DNA of 64,000 nucleotides from Bacteroidales bacterium (GCA_034003345.1 JAVEYS010000003.1:4789-68788); one strand, 5' to 3'; shown: positions 19,990 to 30,557, counted from the stretch's first letter. Numbers and translations are program-made. The notes: generated by a model not told the origin, from the sequence alone.

Positions 19990-21480
19990 TTATTTGGTTA
20001 CGATCTTAATCAGTTTACCTGCTGATACCTGGTCATTGAGCTCCATGTCATTCAGCAGCGCCAGCTCGTCCATCATCTCAGGCTTCATGCCGTAGTAGCT
20101 CAGTGTGCTTGCCAGTGTCCCGGCTCGCGGAGCCTTCTTCACGTACACCCTCATGGGTTTGACGTTCAGTCTCGAAGGATCGGTCAGCCTGTCAAAGGTC
20201 TTCATTGATGCCTCCATGGCTGTTGAATATCCGGCGAAGTCAGCTTCTGTGGAGATGCCATGGAATACATAATAGGAGGTTGCGTATTCAAAAAAGTAGG
20301 ATTGAACAATATTGGTGCTCACGGTGCCGGTCGACTGGTCCTGGCTCTGCTGTTTTGATAAGGTTATTATCACAGGCATGCCGTTGACCGTTCTTTTCTC
20401 GCTGCGCTGCAGCTGAAGACCGTAGGCAGCAAGTGCGCTGTCGGCCGCAGACTGTAGCGACTTCTGATTTGAGAGAGTGAACAGTATCAGTGCCTTGCCG
20501 TCTGATGGCTGTATAGTCACCTGTGTCGGCGTATTAGTGAGTTTCCATCCCTGGGGATAGGAGAAAGTGAACCTGAGCTCCGGATGGTAGAATGTATTAT
20601 CGATGGTGTATCCCTGTTTCGGGTCTTCGCCATAGATTAAACCATCAATGAGATGAAGGTAGGAATCTGCGTTAACCTTGTATGACGGCAGCCTGAGGCT
20701 GTCCTGCCAGGCCTTGGTGTTTTTCAGGACTGCATTGTAGCGGTCGCCCGGATCGGGGTGAGTGGAGAGAAAGGTAGGCACACCACCTTCAGATTGTGCC
20801 ATGTTCATCTTGTTGAGCACATTAAAGAAGTCGGCCATTTTGGTGCCGTCGTAGCCCATTTTGGTGGCATACTCAGAGCCAAGAGCATCAGCCTGGCGCT
20901 CATCGTCGCGACTGAAGCTGAGAAAGAGCAGTCCCATGCCCTGCATGGCATACTGCGCATAGCTGGCAAATTTCTCGGAGGCGATCATGCCTCCAATCAG
21001 CAGCAGCGTACCGAGCTGTTGCTTCGTCTGCTGACTGACGGAGTGGCGCGCAGCTATATGGCCCATCTCATGTCCGAGTATGCCCATCAGCTCCGCTTCA
21101 TTGTTCAGCTGTGCCAGAATGCCCCTGGTCAGGTAGATGTAACCCCCCGGGACAGCAAAAGCATTCACAACAGGTGAGTCAACTACCCTGACATGGTACT
21201 CAAGATTGGGACGGTGAGAGAGCTTGCCCATCTCCGTACCTCTGACCTGAACAAAATTCTGGAGATCAGGACTGTCATAAAGCCCGAAAGTGGATAGTAC
21301 CTGCGGATCATAGGAGACGCCGAGGGCTATCTCCTGGGCTTCTGACATTAGCATAATTTGTCTCTTACCCGTTACAGGATTCACGGCACAGGAGATAACT
21401 ATAAATAGCGCTCCCGCAACCAGCACGGCTTTCAAAAGGATTAATGTCTTTTTCAATGGTGTGAGATTTCTTTTCGTCAA
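19990..21480 (-). CDS. M48-family zinc metalloprotease, lipoprotein
   Basis: 496 aa. Lipobox VISC and the HEMGH zinc motif (GILGHEMGHIAARH). It is the first gene of the operon with hflKC. Confidence 0.85.
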   Translation of the reverse strand: MTKRNLTPLKKTLILLKAVLVAGALFIVISCAVNPVTGKRQIMLMSEAQEIALGVSYDPQVLSTFGLYDSPDLQNFVQVRGTEMGKLSHRPNLEYHVRVVDSPVVNAFAVPGGYIYLTRGILAQLNNEAELMGILGHEMGHIAARHSVSQQTKQQLGTLLLIGGMIASEKFASYAQYAMQGMGLLFLSFSRDDERQADALGSEYATKMGYDGTKMADFFNVLNKMNMAQSEGGVPTFLSTHPDPGDRYNAVLKNTKAWQDSLRLPSYKVNADSYLHLIDGLIYGEDPKQGYTIDNTFYHPELRFTFSYPQGWKLTNTPTQVTIQPSDGKALILFTLSNQKSLQSAADSALAAYGLQLQRSEKRTVNGMPVIITLSKQQSQDQSTGTVSTNIVQSYFFEYATSYYVFHGISTEADFAGYSTAMEASMKTFDRLTDPSRLNVKPMRVYVKKAPRAGTLASTLSYYGMKPEMMDELALLNDMELNDQVSAGKLIKIVTK

Positions 21481-21544
21481 TTACAGGCGTTAGCCTCCGG
21501 CTTCTGGCTTTTCAGGTTGATATTCAAATTTAGTAAAAATAACG

Positions 21545-21584
21545 ACAAAAACAAAGGCCGTCCCCGGAAGGAGACGGCCTTTGT
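21545..21584 (-). terminator. intrinsic terminator after the DUF4382-like gene
   Basis: 12-bp stem ACAAAGGCCGTC / GACGGCCTTTGT followed by a T-run on the minus strand. Confidence 0.6.
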
Positions 21585-21612
21585 TAAAAGTATCTTAATG
21601 CAGATCAGATAG

Positions 21613-22440
21613 TTACTTGCTGGTCAGCTCAAAATTCAGGATGGTTTTATTTCCTGCTATAACACTGACATCGTCATAGCGGACAGTATCATACCCCTCT
21701 TTGGTTGCCAGGACTGACCATGTGCCGGCAGGAATGCCGATGATGGCATAATGGCCGAGAGTATCCGTAAAGGCCGTGGCTACAACAGTGTCCTGTTCGA
21801 TCCATACCGTTGCTTCAGGTATCTTCACATCTGCAGTGTCTGTCACCATCCCCTGTATGCATCCGGCTTTTGCCATGTTAGCCGCCCTTATGACGGGTTT
21901 GAACAGGAATCCGTTATTTTGGCTCAGATTGCCTCTCAGGATGAATGACCTGGAGAGGTCAATGTCGAGCAGCACCTCTGATAGATTACCCTCTGTGACC
22001 TCAAGAGCAGGATTGAGATGTATCTTTATCCCTGTCTGACTTCCGCTTGGCACCTTTACAGTATAGATCTCATCACTGTCATTGAGCTTCAGACCCGCTT
22101 CGTAAACATACAGTCTTATCATGTCATAGCTCCCTTCAGGGATATCCATGTCAAGCAGTGTCTCTGTCACGCCGTTCCTCAGGTCTATCAGGTCAATAGT
22201 GGCAGTGTCTTCTGAGAGAGTTATGAATGCATAGCCGTCACTGATGCCATCACCCACCTTTTTGAGCTCGACCCTGGTTATGGTGACCGTGGCTGATTCG
22301 ATATTACTGATATCAAAAGGAGCATCAGTAACCTTCAGTATCAGTCTTCCCTGGTCTTCACCGGATTTAGCTGTCTCGTTGCATGCTCCCGCAATAAGGA
22401 GTAATACTGCAGACAACATAATTATTACGTTCTTCTTCAT
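21613..22440 (-). CDS. DUF4382-like lipoprotein with C-terminal carboxypeptidase-regulatory-like domain
   Basis: The ORF track extends to 22512, but the internal start MKKNVIIMLSAVLLLIAGAC is a lipoprotein signal. The segment LKVTDAPF...IDLIDLRNG...GSYDMIRLYV...VKVPSGSQTGIKI...LLDIDLSRS fits the DUF4382 pattern. The C-terminal part is GMVTD...GHYAIIGIPAGTW. Confidence 0.65.
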   Translation of the reverse strand: MKKNVIIMLSAVLLLIAGACNETAKSGEDQGRLILKVTDAPFDISNIESATVTITRVELKKVGDGISDGYAFITLSEDTATIDLIDLRNGVTETLLDMDIPEGSYDMIRLYVYEAGLKLNDSDEIYTVKVPSGSQTGIKIHLNPALEVTEGNLSEVLLDIDLSRSFILRGNLSQNNGFLFKPVIRAANMAKAGCIQGMVTDTADVKIPEATVWIEQDTVVATAFTDTLGHYAIIGIPAGTWSVLATKEGYDTVRYDDVSVIAGNKTILNFELTSK

Positions 22441-22508
22441 CTTTGATTTTTTTCGGTTTGTACTTCTGCGGCGCAAGAAATAAAAGTAAAATGAAGTTTT
22501 AATGAATT

Positions 22509-24674
22509 TCAACGTTTGAATATCCGTCTATAGATGTATCGTCTTCGTTTTCCGGCCTTACTGTAGTCTATGTTATCTTCCCTGAAGAGATCGAATATCC
22601 TGTCAAAAAAGGTCTTCTCCCGGAAGTCGGGGCAGTCAAGTGCCAGGGCCAGCTCAGGGGGGAGGTCGGGGAAGGGGTTGTTGATCAGCTTCATCAGCCC
22701 GGGGTCTGACTCAGCCCTCTTCAGTGTAAGGGCTACCAGTGGGAGCGCCAGGGTGCTTCCTGAGCCGTTACTGCCGCTGTTAAAGTGTATCGCAGGAGAG
22801 GAGGCCCCAACCCTGGTGACCATCACTATCCCGGGGTTAAAGGCAGCAAACCAGGCATCGGCATAGTTCTGTGATGTCCCGGTTTTTCCGGCAAGGGGCA
22901 CTTTCACTCCGTAGACACTGTGAACGGAAGCTCCCGTACCTTCTCTTATAGCCTTCTGCAACATGGCGTTCATGAGGAGTGCTGACCGCTCTGACAGCAC
23001 CCTCTCTTCGGTTGAGGCAGGCATATGTTGCCATAACAGGCGCCCGTCAGACGTCCTGACCGATTCGATGCAGTAGGGCGTGACCTGCACTCCTCCGTTG
23101 GCAAAGGAGGCGTAGGCCAGCGCTACCTCGAGGATGCTTGCCTCTGCCGTACCCATGGCAAGTGAGGGGGTGTCTTCAAGAGGAAAGGAAAAGCCCATTT
23201 TTCTCCATAGCCTGTCAACCTTGTCATAACCGATCATCAGGAAGAGGCTGAAGGTGGGGATATTCATTGACTGTGACAGTGCTCCTGCAAGAGAATATTT
23301 GCCTCCGTAAGAGTGGTTATAATTCTCCGGGCTCCAGTTATTGAAGCCTGACAGAGTGACCGAATCATTGTCTAGGTAACGGCATGGTTCCATACCATCT
23401 TCCAGGGCTGCGGCATAGATGAAAGGCTTGAAGACCGAAGCCAGCTGCCGGCGGGCTATGATCTGATCATAGGGCTGGGTTTTGTAGTCTATCCCACCCT
23501 CCCAGACCATTATGGCACCGGTAAGGGGGTCAATGGCGAGCAGACCTGCATGAAGGGTAGTCATCATCTGCCTGAGGCTGTCAGGGATACTTTTCAGAGC
23601 CCGTCTCCCCGATGAGGTGCTGTACTGTTCATCAAGCCTCTTCTGCATCCTGGCAAGATGAGTGCCAAAAGCCTCTCCTGCAGCCTGCTGGAGAGGCAGG
23701 ACAAGAGTGGTAGTGATAATCAGACCGTCCTTCTCAATATCCCATTCCTTGCCATGAGGTGCATTGATCTCCTCAAGGATACGGTCAGCCTCATTTCTGA
23801 CTCTCACCATGAAGTAATCGGCAGGACCGTTTATGTCGAACTTATTGTAGTGAAGACTAAGAGGCAGGGCACTCAGCGAGTCAGCCGACCGTGGGCCAAG
23901 ATATCCGTATTTCTTCATCTGTATCAGTACCACGTTCCTTCGCCTGACAGCATTATCAGGATTGAGACGGGGATTGAATGAGGTATTCGCCTTAAGCATA
24001 CCTATGAGAACGGCGGCTTCCTCAATTCTGAGGTCACTGGTCTTTTTGCTGAAATATCTCTGCGAGGCAGCTTCAATGCCATAGATGTTCTCACCAAAGG
24101 AGACAGTATTCAGGTAGAGGGTAAGGATCTCCTCCTTGCTGAAGACCTTTTCTATACGCCCTGCCAGCAAGGCCTCCCTGGTCTTGTTAATAAAGAGCGG
24201 GAAAAGGATATAGTCTTTTCTCCCATACATGTTCTTTGCCAGCTGCTGTGTGATGGTGCTTCCGCCGCCGGAAGAGGGATCATGGAAGAGGATGGATTTG
24301 AAGATAACCCTCAAAAGACTCCTGGAGTCAATGCCTGAGTGCTCATGGAACCGGACATCTTCAGTGGCAATGAGAGCATCGGTGAGATGAGGCGGGATCT
24401 GACTGAATACGATAGCTGTCCTGTTCTCAGAGTAAAACTTGCCGATAGCCTCTCCCCCGGCTGCCAGCACAAGAGAGGCGGTGGCATTCCTGTAGCTTAT
24501 CAGCTCCTTCTTCCCCGGGAGACGACCAAATACCCCGCTATAAACAGAGGCTATAAAAAACACCGGAATGAATATTATTACTGTAGTTGCTGCCAGTATT
24601 GTTTTCCATCTCTTTTTCATCCCTCTGTCTGTCCTGGTATATTCTGAACTAAACCTCATGCCGGTTATATACAA
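22509..24674 (-). CDS. class A penicillin-binding protein (transglycosylase/transpeptidase)
   Basis: 721 aa. GT51 motifs EDVRFHEHSGID and GGSTITQQLAKN. Transpeptidase motifs SVFKP (SxxK), SMN (SxN) and KTGT. The start may be the MKKRWKTIL at 24620. Confidence 0.9.
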   Translation of the reverse strand: MYITGMRFSSEYTRTDRGMKKRWKTILAATTVIIFIPVFFIASVYSGVFGRLPGKKELISYRNATASLVLAAGGEAIGKFYSENRTAIVFSQIPPHLTDALIATEDVRFHEHSGIDSRSLLRVIFKSILFHDPSSGGGSTITQQLAKNMYGRKDYILFPLFINKTREALLAGRIEKVFSKEEILTLYLNTVSFGENIYGIEAASQRYFSKKTSDLRIEEAAVLIGMLKANTSFNPRLNPDNAVRRRNVVLIQMKKYGYLGPRSADSLSALPLSLHYNKFDINGPADYFMVRVRNEADRILEEINAPHGKEWDIEKDGLIITTTLVLPLQQAAGEAFGTHLARMQKRLDEQYSTSSGRRALKSIPDSLRQMMTTLHAGLLAIDPLTGAIMVWEGGIDYKTQPYDQIIARRQLASVFKPFIYAAALEDGMEPCRYLDNDSVTLSGFNNWSPENYNHSYGGKYSLAGALSQSMNIPTFSLFLMIGYDKVDRLWRKMGFSFPLEDTPSLAMGTAEASILEVALAYASFANGGVQVTPYCIESVRTSDGRLLWQHMPASTEERVLSERSALLMNAMLQKAIREGTGASVHSVYGVKVPLAGKTGTSQNYADAWFAAFNPGIVMVTRVGASSPAIHFNSGSNGSGSTLALPLVALTLKRAESDPGLMKLINNPFPDLPPELALALDCPDFREKTFFDRIFDLFREDNIDYSKAGKRRRYIYRRIFKR

Positions 24675-24782
24675 TTATTCCGGTTAGCATAAATGCCAGT
24701 CGGAAGTTGCATAAATTTAACTTAAATTGGAGGTAAAATTAGAATAAAGCTTTTACAGTCATACCTGTTTTACTAAAAGGTA

Positions 24783-25061
24783 TTGGAAAAGCAGCTTTTA
24801 TACAGGATACATGTCTCCGGGATGGTCCAGGGTGTGGGCTTCCGGTGGAGCACTGCCCGCGAGGCATCAAGACTTGGGATAACTGGTTACGTCAGGAACC
24901 TGTCTGATGGAAGTGTTTATATTGAAGCCGAAGGCAGCCCTGATAAGCTTGAGGAGTTTTTATCCTGGTGCAGGAAGGGACCGGGAGCAGGGTTCGTTGA
25001 CCATGTGGGAGTTGGTGAAGGGCCTCCGGTCGGACACGCTGCTTTCCGCATAGAGCATTGA
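24783..25061 (+). CDS. acyP: acylphosphatase
   Basis: 92 aa. VSGMVQGVGFRWS and GYVRNLSDGSVYIEAEG signatures. It has a TTG start. Confidence 0.85.
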   Translation: MEKQLLYRIHVSGMVQGVGFRWSTAREASRLGITGYVRNLSDGSVYIEAEGSPDKLEEFLSWCRKGPGAGFVDHVGVGEGPPVGHAAFRIEH

Positions 25062-25087
25062 TTGTTACATTAATAAATTACAGCGAA

Positions 25088-27550
25088 ATGAGATCATCAA
25101 CATGGCTATTCATCCTGGTGACTATTTTTATCATGACAGGAAACCAGTCAGTCTCTTCACAGGGGAAGCCGGGCTATAATCCTTATGGTAAAAGCCCTGT
25201 CTATAAAAATGGGTGGATCGATTTCAACAAGAGCGGAACGATGGATCCTTATGAGAATCCTTCACTGGATATCGATGCACGGGTAGAAGATCTCCTGAGG
25301 CGTATGACGGTTGAGGAGAAGACATGCCAGCTGGCAACCCTTTATGGGTATAAAAAAGTTCTGACCGACTCATTGCCAACACCGGAGTGGAAGAACAGGG
25401 TATGGAAGGATGGGATTGCCAATATAGACGAACAGCTTAATGGCTACAGGTCAGATGTATACTCCTGGCCTCCGTCAGCTCATGCAAAAGCTATTAATGA
25501 GATTCAGAGATGGTTCATAGAGGAGACCAGGCTGGGCATACCGGTTGATTTTACCAACGAGGGTATCTACGGAGCCTGTTTCACCGGCGCCACGCTTTTT
25601 CCTCCGCAGATAGGCGTGGGTTCAACATGGGATAAGGCACTGGTGGCATCAATAGGGGAGATTACCTCACGTCAGAGCAAGGCAGTGGGTTTCACCAACG
25701 TCTATTCTCCAATCCTTGACGTTGCACGTGATCCGCGGTGGGGACGTGTTGTGGAGTGTTACGGGGAGGATCCTTACCTTGTGGCTCAGCTGGGGCTGCA
25801 GCAGATACTGGGCATACAGAAGGATCATACCGTTATTTCCACACCCAAGCATTTTGCCGCATACAGCATCCCGATAGGAGGAAGGGACCACTCAACGCGT
25901 ACCGATCCGCAGATAGCCCCCAGGGAGATGCTGACGCTGCTGCTCGAACCTTTCCGTGTGGCTTTCATGAAAGGAGACGCTCATGGCACCATGAGCTCCT
26001 ATAATGATTATGACGGAGTGCCGGTAACGGGCTCTTACTGGTTCCTCACAAAACTGCTGCGCCAGGAGTATGGCTTCAGGGGTTATGTGGTCTCTGACAG
26101 TGAGGCGCTCGAATACCTGTGGTCAAAACACCGTGTGGCTCCTGACTATAAGGATGCCATCAGACAGGCCCTCGATGCCGGCATGAATGTGCGTACTACC
26201 TTCCGGTCACCGGAATCATACATAATGCCCCTCAGGGAACTGATCGCCGAAGGATCACTCTCAATGGATGTCGTTGACAGCCGTGTACGTGACGTGCTCT
26301 GGGTCAAGTTCTGGCTCGGGTTGTTTGACGAACCATATGTGATGAACCCCGAGGCTGCCGACAGGCTCTATTCTGATCCCGGGTACGAGAAAATATCCAT
26401 GCAGGCTTCATATGAATCCATGATACTGTTGAAAAACAGGGACAACTTCCTTCCTTTAGACAGGACGAAGATCAGGACTATCCTAATTGCAGGGCCCAAT
26501 GCAACGGACAAGACACTGTCGATTTCAAGGTACGGACCGAAAAAGATCGAATATAAGTCTGTCTTGGAGGCATTCCGGGAGAAGCTGGAGGGCTCAGTGG
26601 ATGTGCTTTATGCCAGGGGCTGTGATATCATTGACCGCAACTGGCCCCAGAGCGAGATCTTGCCCTCCCTGCCCTCAGCGGAGGAGATGGCCGGCATCAG
26701 TGACGCTGTTACAAAGGCTATGCAGTCTGATGTTGTGATACTGGTGATTGGTGAAAACAACAGTATTGTCGGGGAATCACATTCACGTACCGATCTTGAC
26801 CTGGCAGGATTCCAGGAGCTGCTGCTGGAGAAGATCATTGAGACCGGCAGACCTGTGGTGCTGGTGCTGATGAACGGCAGGGTCATAACCGTGAACAGGG
26901 CTGACCGCGACTGCGTGGCGATCATTGAAGCCTGGTTCCCGGGGAAATATGGCGGAGAGGCTCTGGCTGACATCGTCCTTGGCGATTACAACCCGGGAGG
27001 GAAACTGACGGTCACCTTCCCCAAATCTGTTGGTCAGATACCTATGTGCTTTCCTTATAAACCGGCTGCACAGGCCGATTCACCTACAACAGTTAACGGG
27101 GTACTGTATCCCTTTGGCCACGGACTGAGTTTCACCACCTTTGAGTACTCCAACCTCATGATCACACCGGAAAAACAGTTCACGGCAGGAAACGTGGAGG
27201 TCTCTGTTGACATACGGAACACCGGGACCATGGCGGGAGATGAGGTAGTGCAGCTTTATATAGGTGATGAGGTCAGCTCTGTGATACGATATGAGAAGGA
27301 GCTGAGGGGCTTTGAGCGCATCAGCCTGGCTCCAGGAGAGAGTAAGACAGTGCACTTCACCCTGACCCCGGAGGAGCTTTGGATGATTGACGCAAACATG
27401 CAATGGAAGGTTGAGGCCGGCTGGTTCACGGTCATGGCAGGAAGCTCATCGCAGGACATCAGGGTGCAGGGAAGATTCGAGATACTTCCTGCTGAAAGAG
27501 TATCGGAGGCCTATGATCCAACACCTATCAGCTCGGGACTTACCTGGTAG
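25088..27550 (+). CDS. bglX: glycoside hydrolase family 3 beta-glucosidase, secreted
   Basis: The track ORF starts at 25058, but the signal peptide begins at MRSSTWLFILV (25088). It has the GH3 motifs KHFAAYS and GYVVSDSEAL, plus a C-terminal FnIII-like domain. Confidence 0.9.
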   Translation: MRSSTWLFILVTIFIMTGNQSVSSQGKPGYNPYGKSPVYKNGWIDFNKSGTMDPYENPSLDIDARVEDLLRRMTVEEKTCQLATLYGYKKVLTDSLPTPEWKNRVWKDGIANIDEQLNGYRSDVYSWPPSAHAKAINEIQRWFIEETRLGIPVDFTNEGIYGACFTGATLFPPQIGVGSTWDKALVASIGEITSRQSKAVGFTNVYSPILDVARDPRWGRVVECYGEDPYLVAQLGLQQILGIQKDHTVISTPKHFAAYSIPIGGRDHSTRTDPQIAPREMLTLLLEPFRVAFMKGDAHGTMSSYNDYDGVPVTGSYWFLTKLLRQEYGFRGYVVSDSEALEYLWSKHRVAPDYKDAIRQALDAGMNVRTTFRSPESYIMPLRELIAEGSLSMDVVDSRVRDVLWVKFWLGLFDEPYVMNPEAADRLYSDPGYEKISMQASYESMILLKNRDNFLPLDRTKIRTILIAGPNATDKTLSISRYGPKKIEYKSVLEAFREKLEGSVDVLYARGCDIIDRNWPQSEILPSLPSAEEMAGISDAVTKAMQSDVVILVIGENNSIVGESHSRTDLDLAGFQELLLEKIIETGRPVVLVLMNGRVITVNRADRDCVAIIEAWFPGKYGGEALADIVLGDYNPGGKLTVTFPKSVGQIPMCFPYKPAAQADSPTTVNGVLYPFGHGLSFTTFEYSNLMITPEKQFTAGNVEVSVDIRNTGTMAGDEVVQLYIGDEVSSVIRYEKELRGFERISLAPGESKTVHFTLTPEELWMIDANMQWKVEAGWFTVMAGSSSQDIRVQGRFEILPAERVSEAYDPTPISSGLTW

Positions 27551-27822
27551 CCCGTTTGATGATAGAGATATGACTGGCCTCCTGCCTGGCCAGTGCGGAA
27601 AGTGATCTTGCTGAGGAACATTGAAAACCTTAGTGACGGTATGAGATCACAAAAGGCATGAATCACCGGCGCACCGATTTTTAATAATCGTTGTTTTTTA
27701 TGCGTTGGTCAACATGGGGCATATGAACATCAAAATTGATTAGGTGTTATAAATATCTGTGAATATATTAGTATTGAAAATCGTGACGCCGACAGGTTTT
27801 ATAACAAAAGCTGGCATAAAAA

Positions 27823-28479
27823 TTGAGTAAGAAAGGGTATTGGTCAAGATATATGGATAAAGGAACTATCGGATTAAATTCAGACGTAATCAGGAATCAG
27901 GCTGTTCATAAGATAAGCCCCAGACGGTTGTCACTTCGTGACAGTGGGCTTATGCATCTTTTTGATGAGCTTGATATCGAAGTGCGGCAGAGTCTGATAG
28001 ATTATCTTGATAGTATGGGCCTCATCAAGGAGTCGGGGATGCTAGTCATTCCCTCATCACGTCATTATTTTTATGATGCTGAGGATATGAAAGGCATAAA
28101 GACCGTGATCACTCTCAGGCAGCTTAATCATATAAGGGAGGTAAAGGATTTTCTTAAGCAGATCACCGGCCTCCTTCCCAACAACAGCAACTTCATAGGC
28201 TGTTTTATTGATAACAGGTCACAGACAAATTATCCTGACGAGTACAACCATCTGCCTAAGCAGGGGTCAGAAAAGACTGAAGCCTATGAGAATGGTATCG
28301 AATCAAGGATCCCGTTTATAAACAGGATGTACAGCTTCATTGACTCCCGCACTAACAGGTACCTTACAAAAAGAGCTGTCGCAAACCTTCTTAAGGACGC
28401 AGGGCTGGAGCTTGTCGGCATGACCGAGCTTAAGGGACTGACCTATTTCCATACACATAAGAACAATCCGGCTGCCTGA
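27823..28479 (+). CDS. hypothetical protein, possibly a methyltransferase-like fold with a degenerate SAM loop
   Basis: 218-aa ORF with a TTG start (alternative ATG at 27853). The order of blocks MLVIPSS / YDAEDM..IKTVITLRQLNHI / FLKQITGLLPNNSNFIGCF / LLKDAGLELVG resembles class I methyltransferase motifs I, II, post-II and the C-terminal part. There is no GxGxG. The assignment is weak. Confidence 0.45.
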   Translation: MSKKGYWSRYMDKGTIGLNSDVIRNQAVHKISPRRLSLRDSGLMHLFDELDIEVRQSLIDYLDSMGLIKESGMLVIPSSRHYFYDAEDMKGIKTVITLRQLNHIREVKDFLKQITGLLPNNSNFIGCFIDNRSQTNYPDEYNHLPKQGSEKTEAYENGIESRIPFINRMYSFIDSRTNRYLTKRAVANLLKDAGLELVGMTELKGLTYFHTHKNNPAA

Positions 28480-28490
28480 CCGGCGTACAC

Positions 28491-28518
28491 AAAAAACCCG
28501 CTTTCGCGGGAATTTTTT
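28491..28518. terminator. bidirectional intrinsic terminator
   Basis: AAAAAA-CCCGC-TTTC-GCGGG-AATTTTTT. It can serve both the plus-strand CDS ending at 28479 and the minus-strand tRNA-Gln ending at 28520. Confidence 0.6.
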
Positions 28519-28519
28519 G

Positions 28520-28592
28520 TTGCTCCGCTAGGGCTCGAACCTAGACTTTCCTGATCCAGAGTCAGGCGTGTTGCCAATTACACTACGGAGCA
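28520..28592 (-). tRNA. tRNA-Gln (anticodon CTG)
   Basis: The minus strand reads TGCTCCG TA GTGT AATTGGCA ACAC G CCTGA CTCTGGA TCAGG AAAGT CTAGG TTCGAGC CCTAG CGGAGCA A. This is a complete cloverleaf with a 7-bp acceptor stem, a TTCGAGC T-loop and anticodon CTG. Confidence 0.9.
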
Positions 28593-28606
28593 ATTATTTG
28601 AGGCTG

Positions 28607-28614
28607 CAAATATA
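28607..28614 (-). promoter_or_regulatory. candidate -7 promoter box for tRNA-Gln
   Basis: The minus strand reads TATATTTG, an exact TAnnTTTG match, 15 nt upstream of the tRNA 5' end. Confidence 0.4.
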
Positions 28615-28740
28615 AAATATTTTTTACGGAATAACACACTGGAACTATTTTTCAGATTATTTCAGGGAAAAACAGAGAGAAGTCATACCTGAGGGCCATG
28701 CATATCTTTTTTATTGTTCAGTCGTGTGCTCCGTGCATAA

Positions 28741-30432
28741 CTACTTGTTGAGCCTGGCCCATGTATCCTTCAGTCCCACGGTGCGGTTGAAGACCAGCAT
28801 GCCCGGCCGGCTGTCATAGTCGACACAGAAATATCCCACTCTCTGAAACTGGACCCTGGTAAGCGGACCGGCATCTACAAGTGAAGGTTCCACCTTACAG
28901 TCCTTAATGACAGTCAGGGAGTCTGGATTGAGGAACTCTCTGGCATCGGTATCCTTGTGACCTGATGGATCCTCATCACTGAAGAGCCTGTCGTAGAGCC
29001 TCACCTCGGCGTTCAGGGCATGTGCTGCTGAGACCCAGTGCAGGGTGCCTTTGACCCTGCGGTCAGCCTGCGGTCCACCGCTCTTTGTTTCCGGGTCATA
29101 CGTGCAGTGCACTTCAGTGATCTCTCCTTCGCTGTTCTTCACCAGATCAGTGCAACTGATGATATAAGCTCCCTTGAGCCTTACCTCGCGGCCGGGAGCA
29201 AGACGGAAGAACTTGTTCGGGGGATTCTCCGAAAAGTCGTCCTGCTCGATATATATCTCCCTGCTGAAGGGTACTATGCGCTTACCCTGACTTTCATCCT
29301 CGGGATTGTTATCTATCTCCATCTCTTCGGAAACACCTTCAGGAAAGTTGGTGATAATGACCCTGAGTGGTTTAAGAACCCCGAAGACTCGCGGAGCACG
29401 CTTGTTCAGGTCTTCGCGGATGGCATATTCCAGTAGTGAGACATCATTGATGGCCTCCACTTTAGTATAACCTATAAGGTCAACGAAGCGTTTAATCGAT
29501 TCCGGAGTATAACCTCTCCGGCGTAATCCGCACAAAGTCGGCATACGCGGGTCGTCCCAGCCTTTCACCACGCCGTCTTTCACCAGTTCAAGCAGCTTGC
29601 GTTTGCTCATCACCGTGTATGTCAGGTTGAGGCGGTTGAATTCAATCTGACGAGGCCGGTAGTCATCAGTCTTAAGCTGGTCAATGAACCAGTCGTACAG
29701 CGGCCTGTGCACCTCAAATTCAAGTGTGCATAAAGAATGGGTTATACCTTCGAAATAGTCGCTCTGCCCATGGGCAAAGTCGTACATCGGGTAGACCTTC
29801 CATTTGGCGGCGGTACGGTGGTGCGGCGTCTTCAGAATGCGGTAGATGATGGGGTCACGCATATGCATGTTAGGTGAAGCCATATCAATCTTTGCTCTCA
29901 GCACACGGCTGCCCTCTGCGAACTCGCCCTCATTCATCCGGAAGAAGAGATCAAGGTTCTCTTCAATGCTGCGGTCGCGAAAAGGACTGGATAAACCGGG
30001 CTGGGTGGTAGTGCCCTTCTGCTCGGAGATAGTGTCTGCACTCTGGTCATCCACATAGGCCAGTCCACGTTTGATCAGCGACACGGCAAACTCCCAGAGC
30101 CTGCCAAAATAGTCAGATGCATAAAACTCACGGTCTTCCCATGTAAAACCCAGCCACCGGATGTCTTCCTTTATTGAATCAACATATTCAACATCCTCCT
30201 TTGTGGGGTTGGTATCGTCAAAGCGCAGATTGCACTTGCCACCATAATTCTCCGCCATGCCGAAGTCGAGGCAGATGGCTTTTGCATGTCCTATATGCAG
30301 ATAACCGTTGGGCTCAGGGGGGAATCGGGTATGTACGCGCTTTCCGTTCCTGCCTTCGTTCAGGTCTTTCTCAATGGCCTGTTCAATAAAATTCTGTGAT
30401 TCCGGTTTTCCTATATCTTCAGACTCTTTCAT
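28741..30432 (-). CDS. glnS: glutamine--tRNA ligase
   Basis: 563 aa. [18 protein letters not shown] (HIGH motif), LRFDDTNP and VMSKR (KMSKS motif). Confidence 0.95.
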   Translation of the reverse strand: MKESEDIGKPESQNFIEQAIEKDLNEGRNGKRVHTRFPPEPNGYLHIGHAKAICLDFGMAENYGGKCNLRFDDTNPTKEDVEYVDSIKEDIRWLGFTWEDREFYASDYFGRLWEFAVSLIKRGLAYVDDQSADTISEQKGTTTQPGLSSPFRDRSIEENLDLFFRMNEGEFAEGSRVLRAKIDMASPNMHMRDPIIYRILKTPHHRTAAKWKVYPMYDFAHGQSDYFEGITHSLCTLEFEVHRPLYDWFIDQLKTDDYRPRQIEFNRLNLTYTVMSKRKLLELVKDGVVKGWDDPRMPTLCGLRRRGYTPESIKRFVDLIGYTKVEAINDVSLLEYAIREDLNKRAPRVFGVLKPLRVIITNFPEGVSEEMEIDNNPEDESQGKRIVPFSREIYIEQDDFSENPPNKFFRLAPGREVRLKGAYIISCTDLVKNSEGEITEVHCTYDPETKSGGPQADRRVKGTLHWVSAAHALNAEVRLYDRLFSDEDPSGHKDTDAREFLNPDSLTVIKDCKVEPSLVDAGPLTRVQFQRVGYFCVDYDSRPGMLVFNRTVGLKDTWARLNK

Positions 30433-30452
30433 CAGTTGCTAAAATGAGATTA

Positions 30453-30460
30453 CAAAAATA
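30453..30460 (-). promoter_or_regulatory. candidate -7 promoter box for glnS
   Basis: The minus strand reads TATTTTTG, an exact TAnnTTTG match, 20 nt upstream of the glnS ATG. Confidence 0.4.
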
Positions 30461-30557
30461 TGTGTATTTAAGGCACAAAGTGCATGATCAGGCGATTTTT
30501 ACACGATGAATGTTCACGGTAGAGCGTGTGCTTCAAGGAAAAAGTCATCGAACGATG

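Noticed and set aside
21613-22512. Long-form starts of several track ORFs: 22512 for the DUF4382-like gene, 49068 for S41, 25058 for GH3 and 31608 for the wHTH regulator.
   Set aside because: Internal Met codons give canonical signal or lipoprotein peptides or the family-typical N-terminus. They also remove overlaps with upstream genes, so the shorter forms are preferred.
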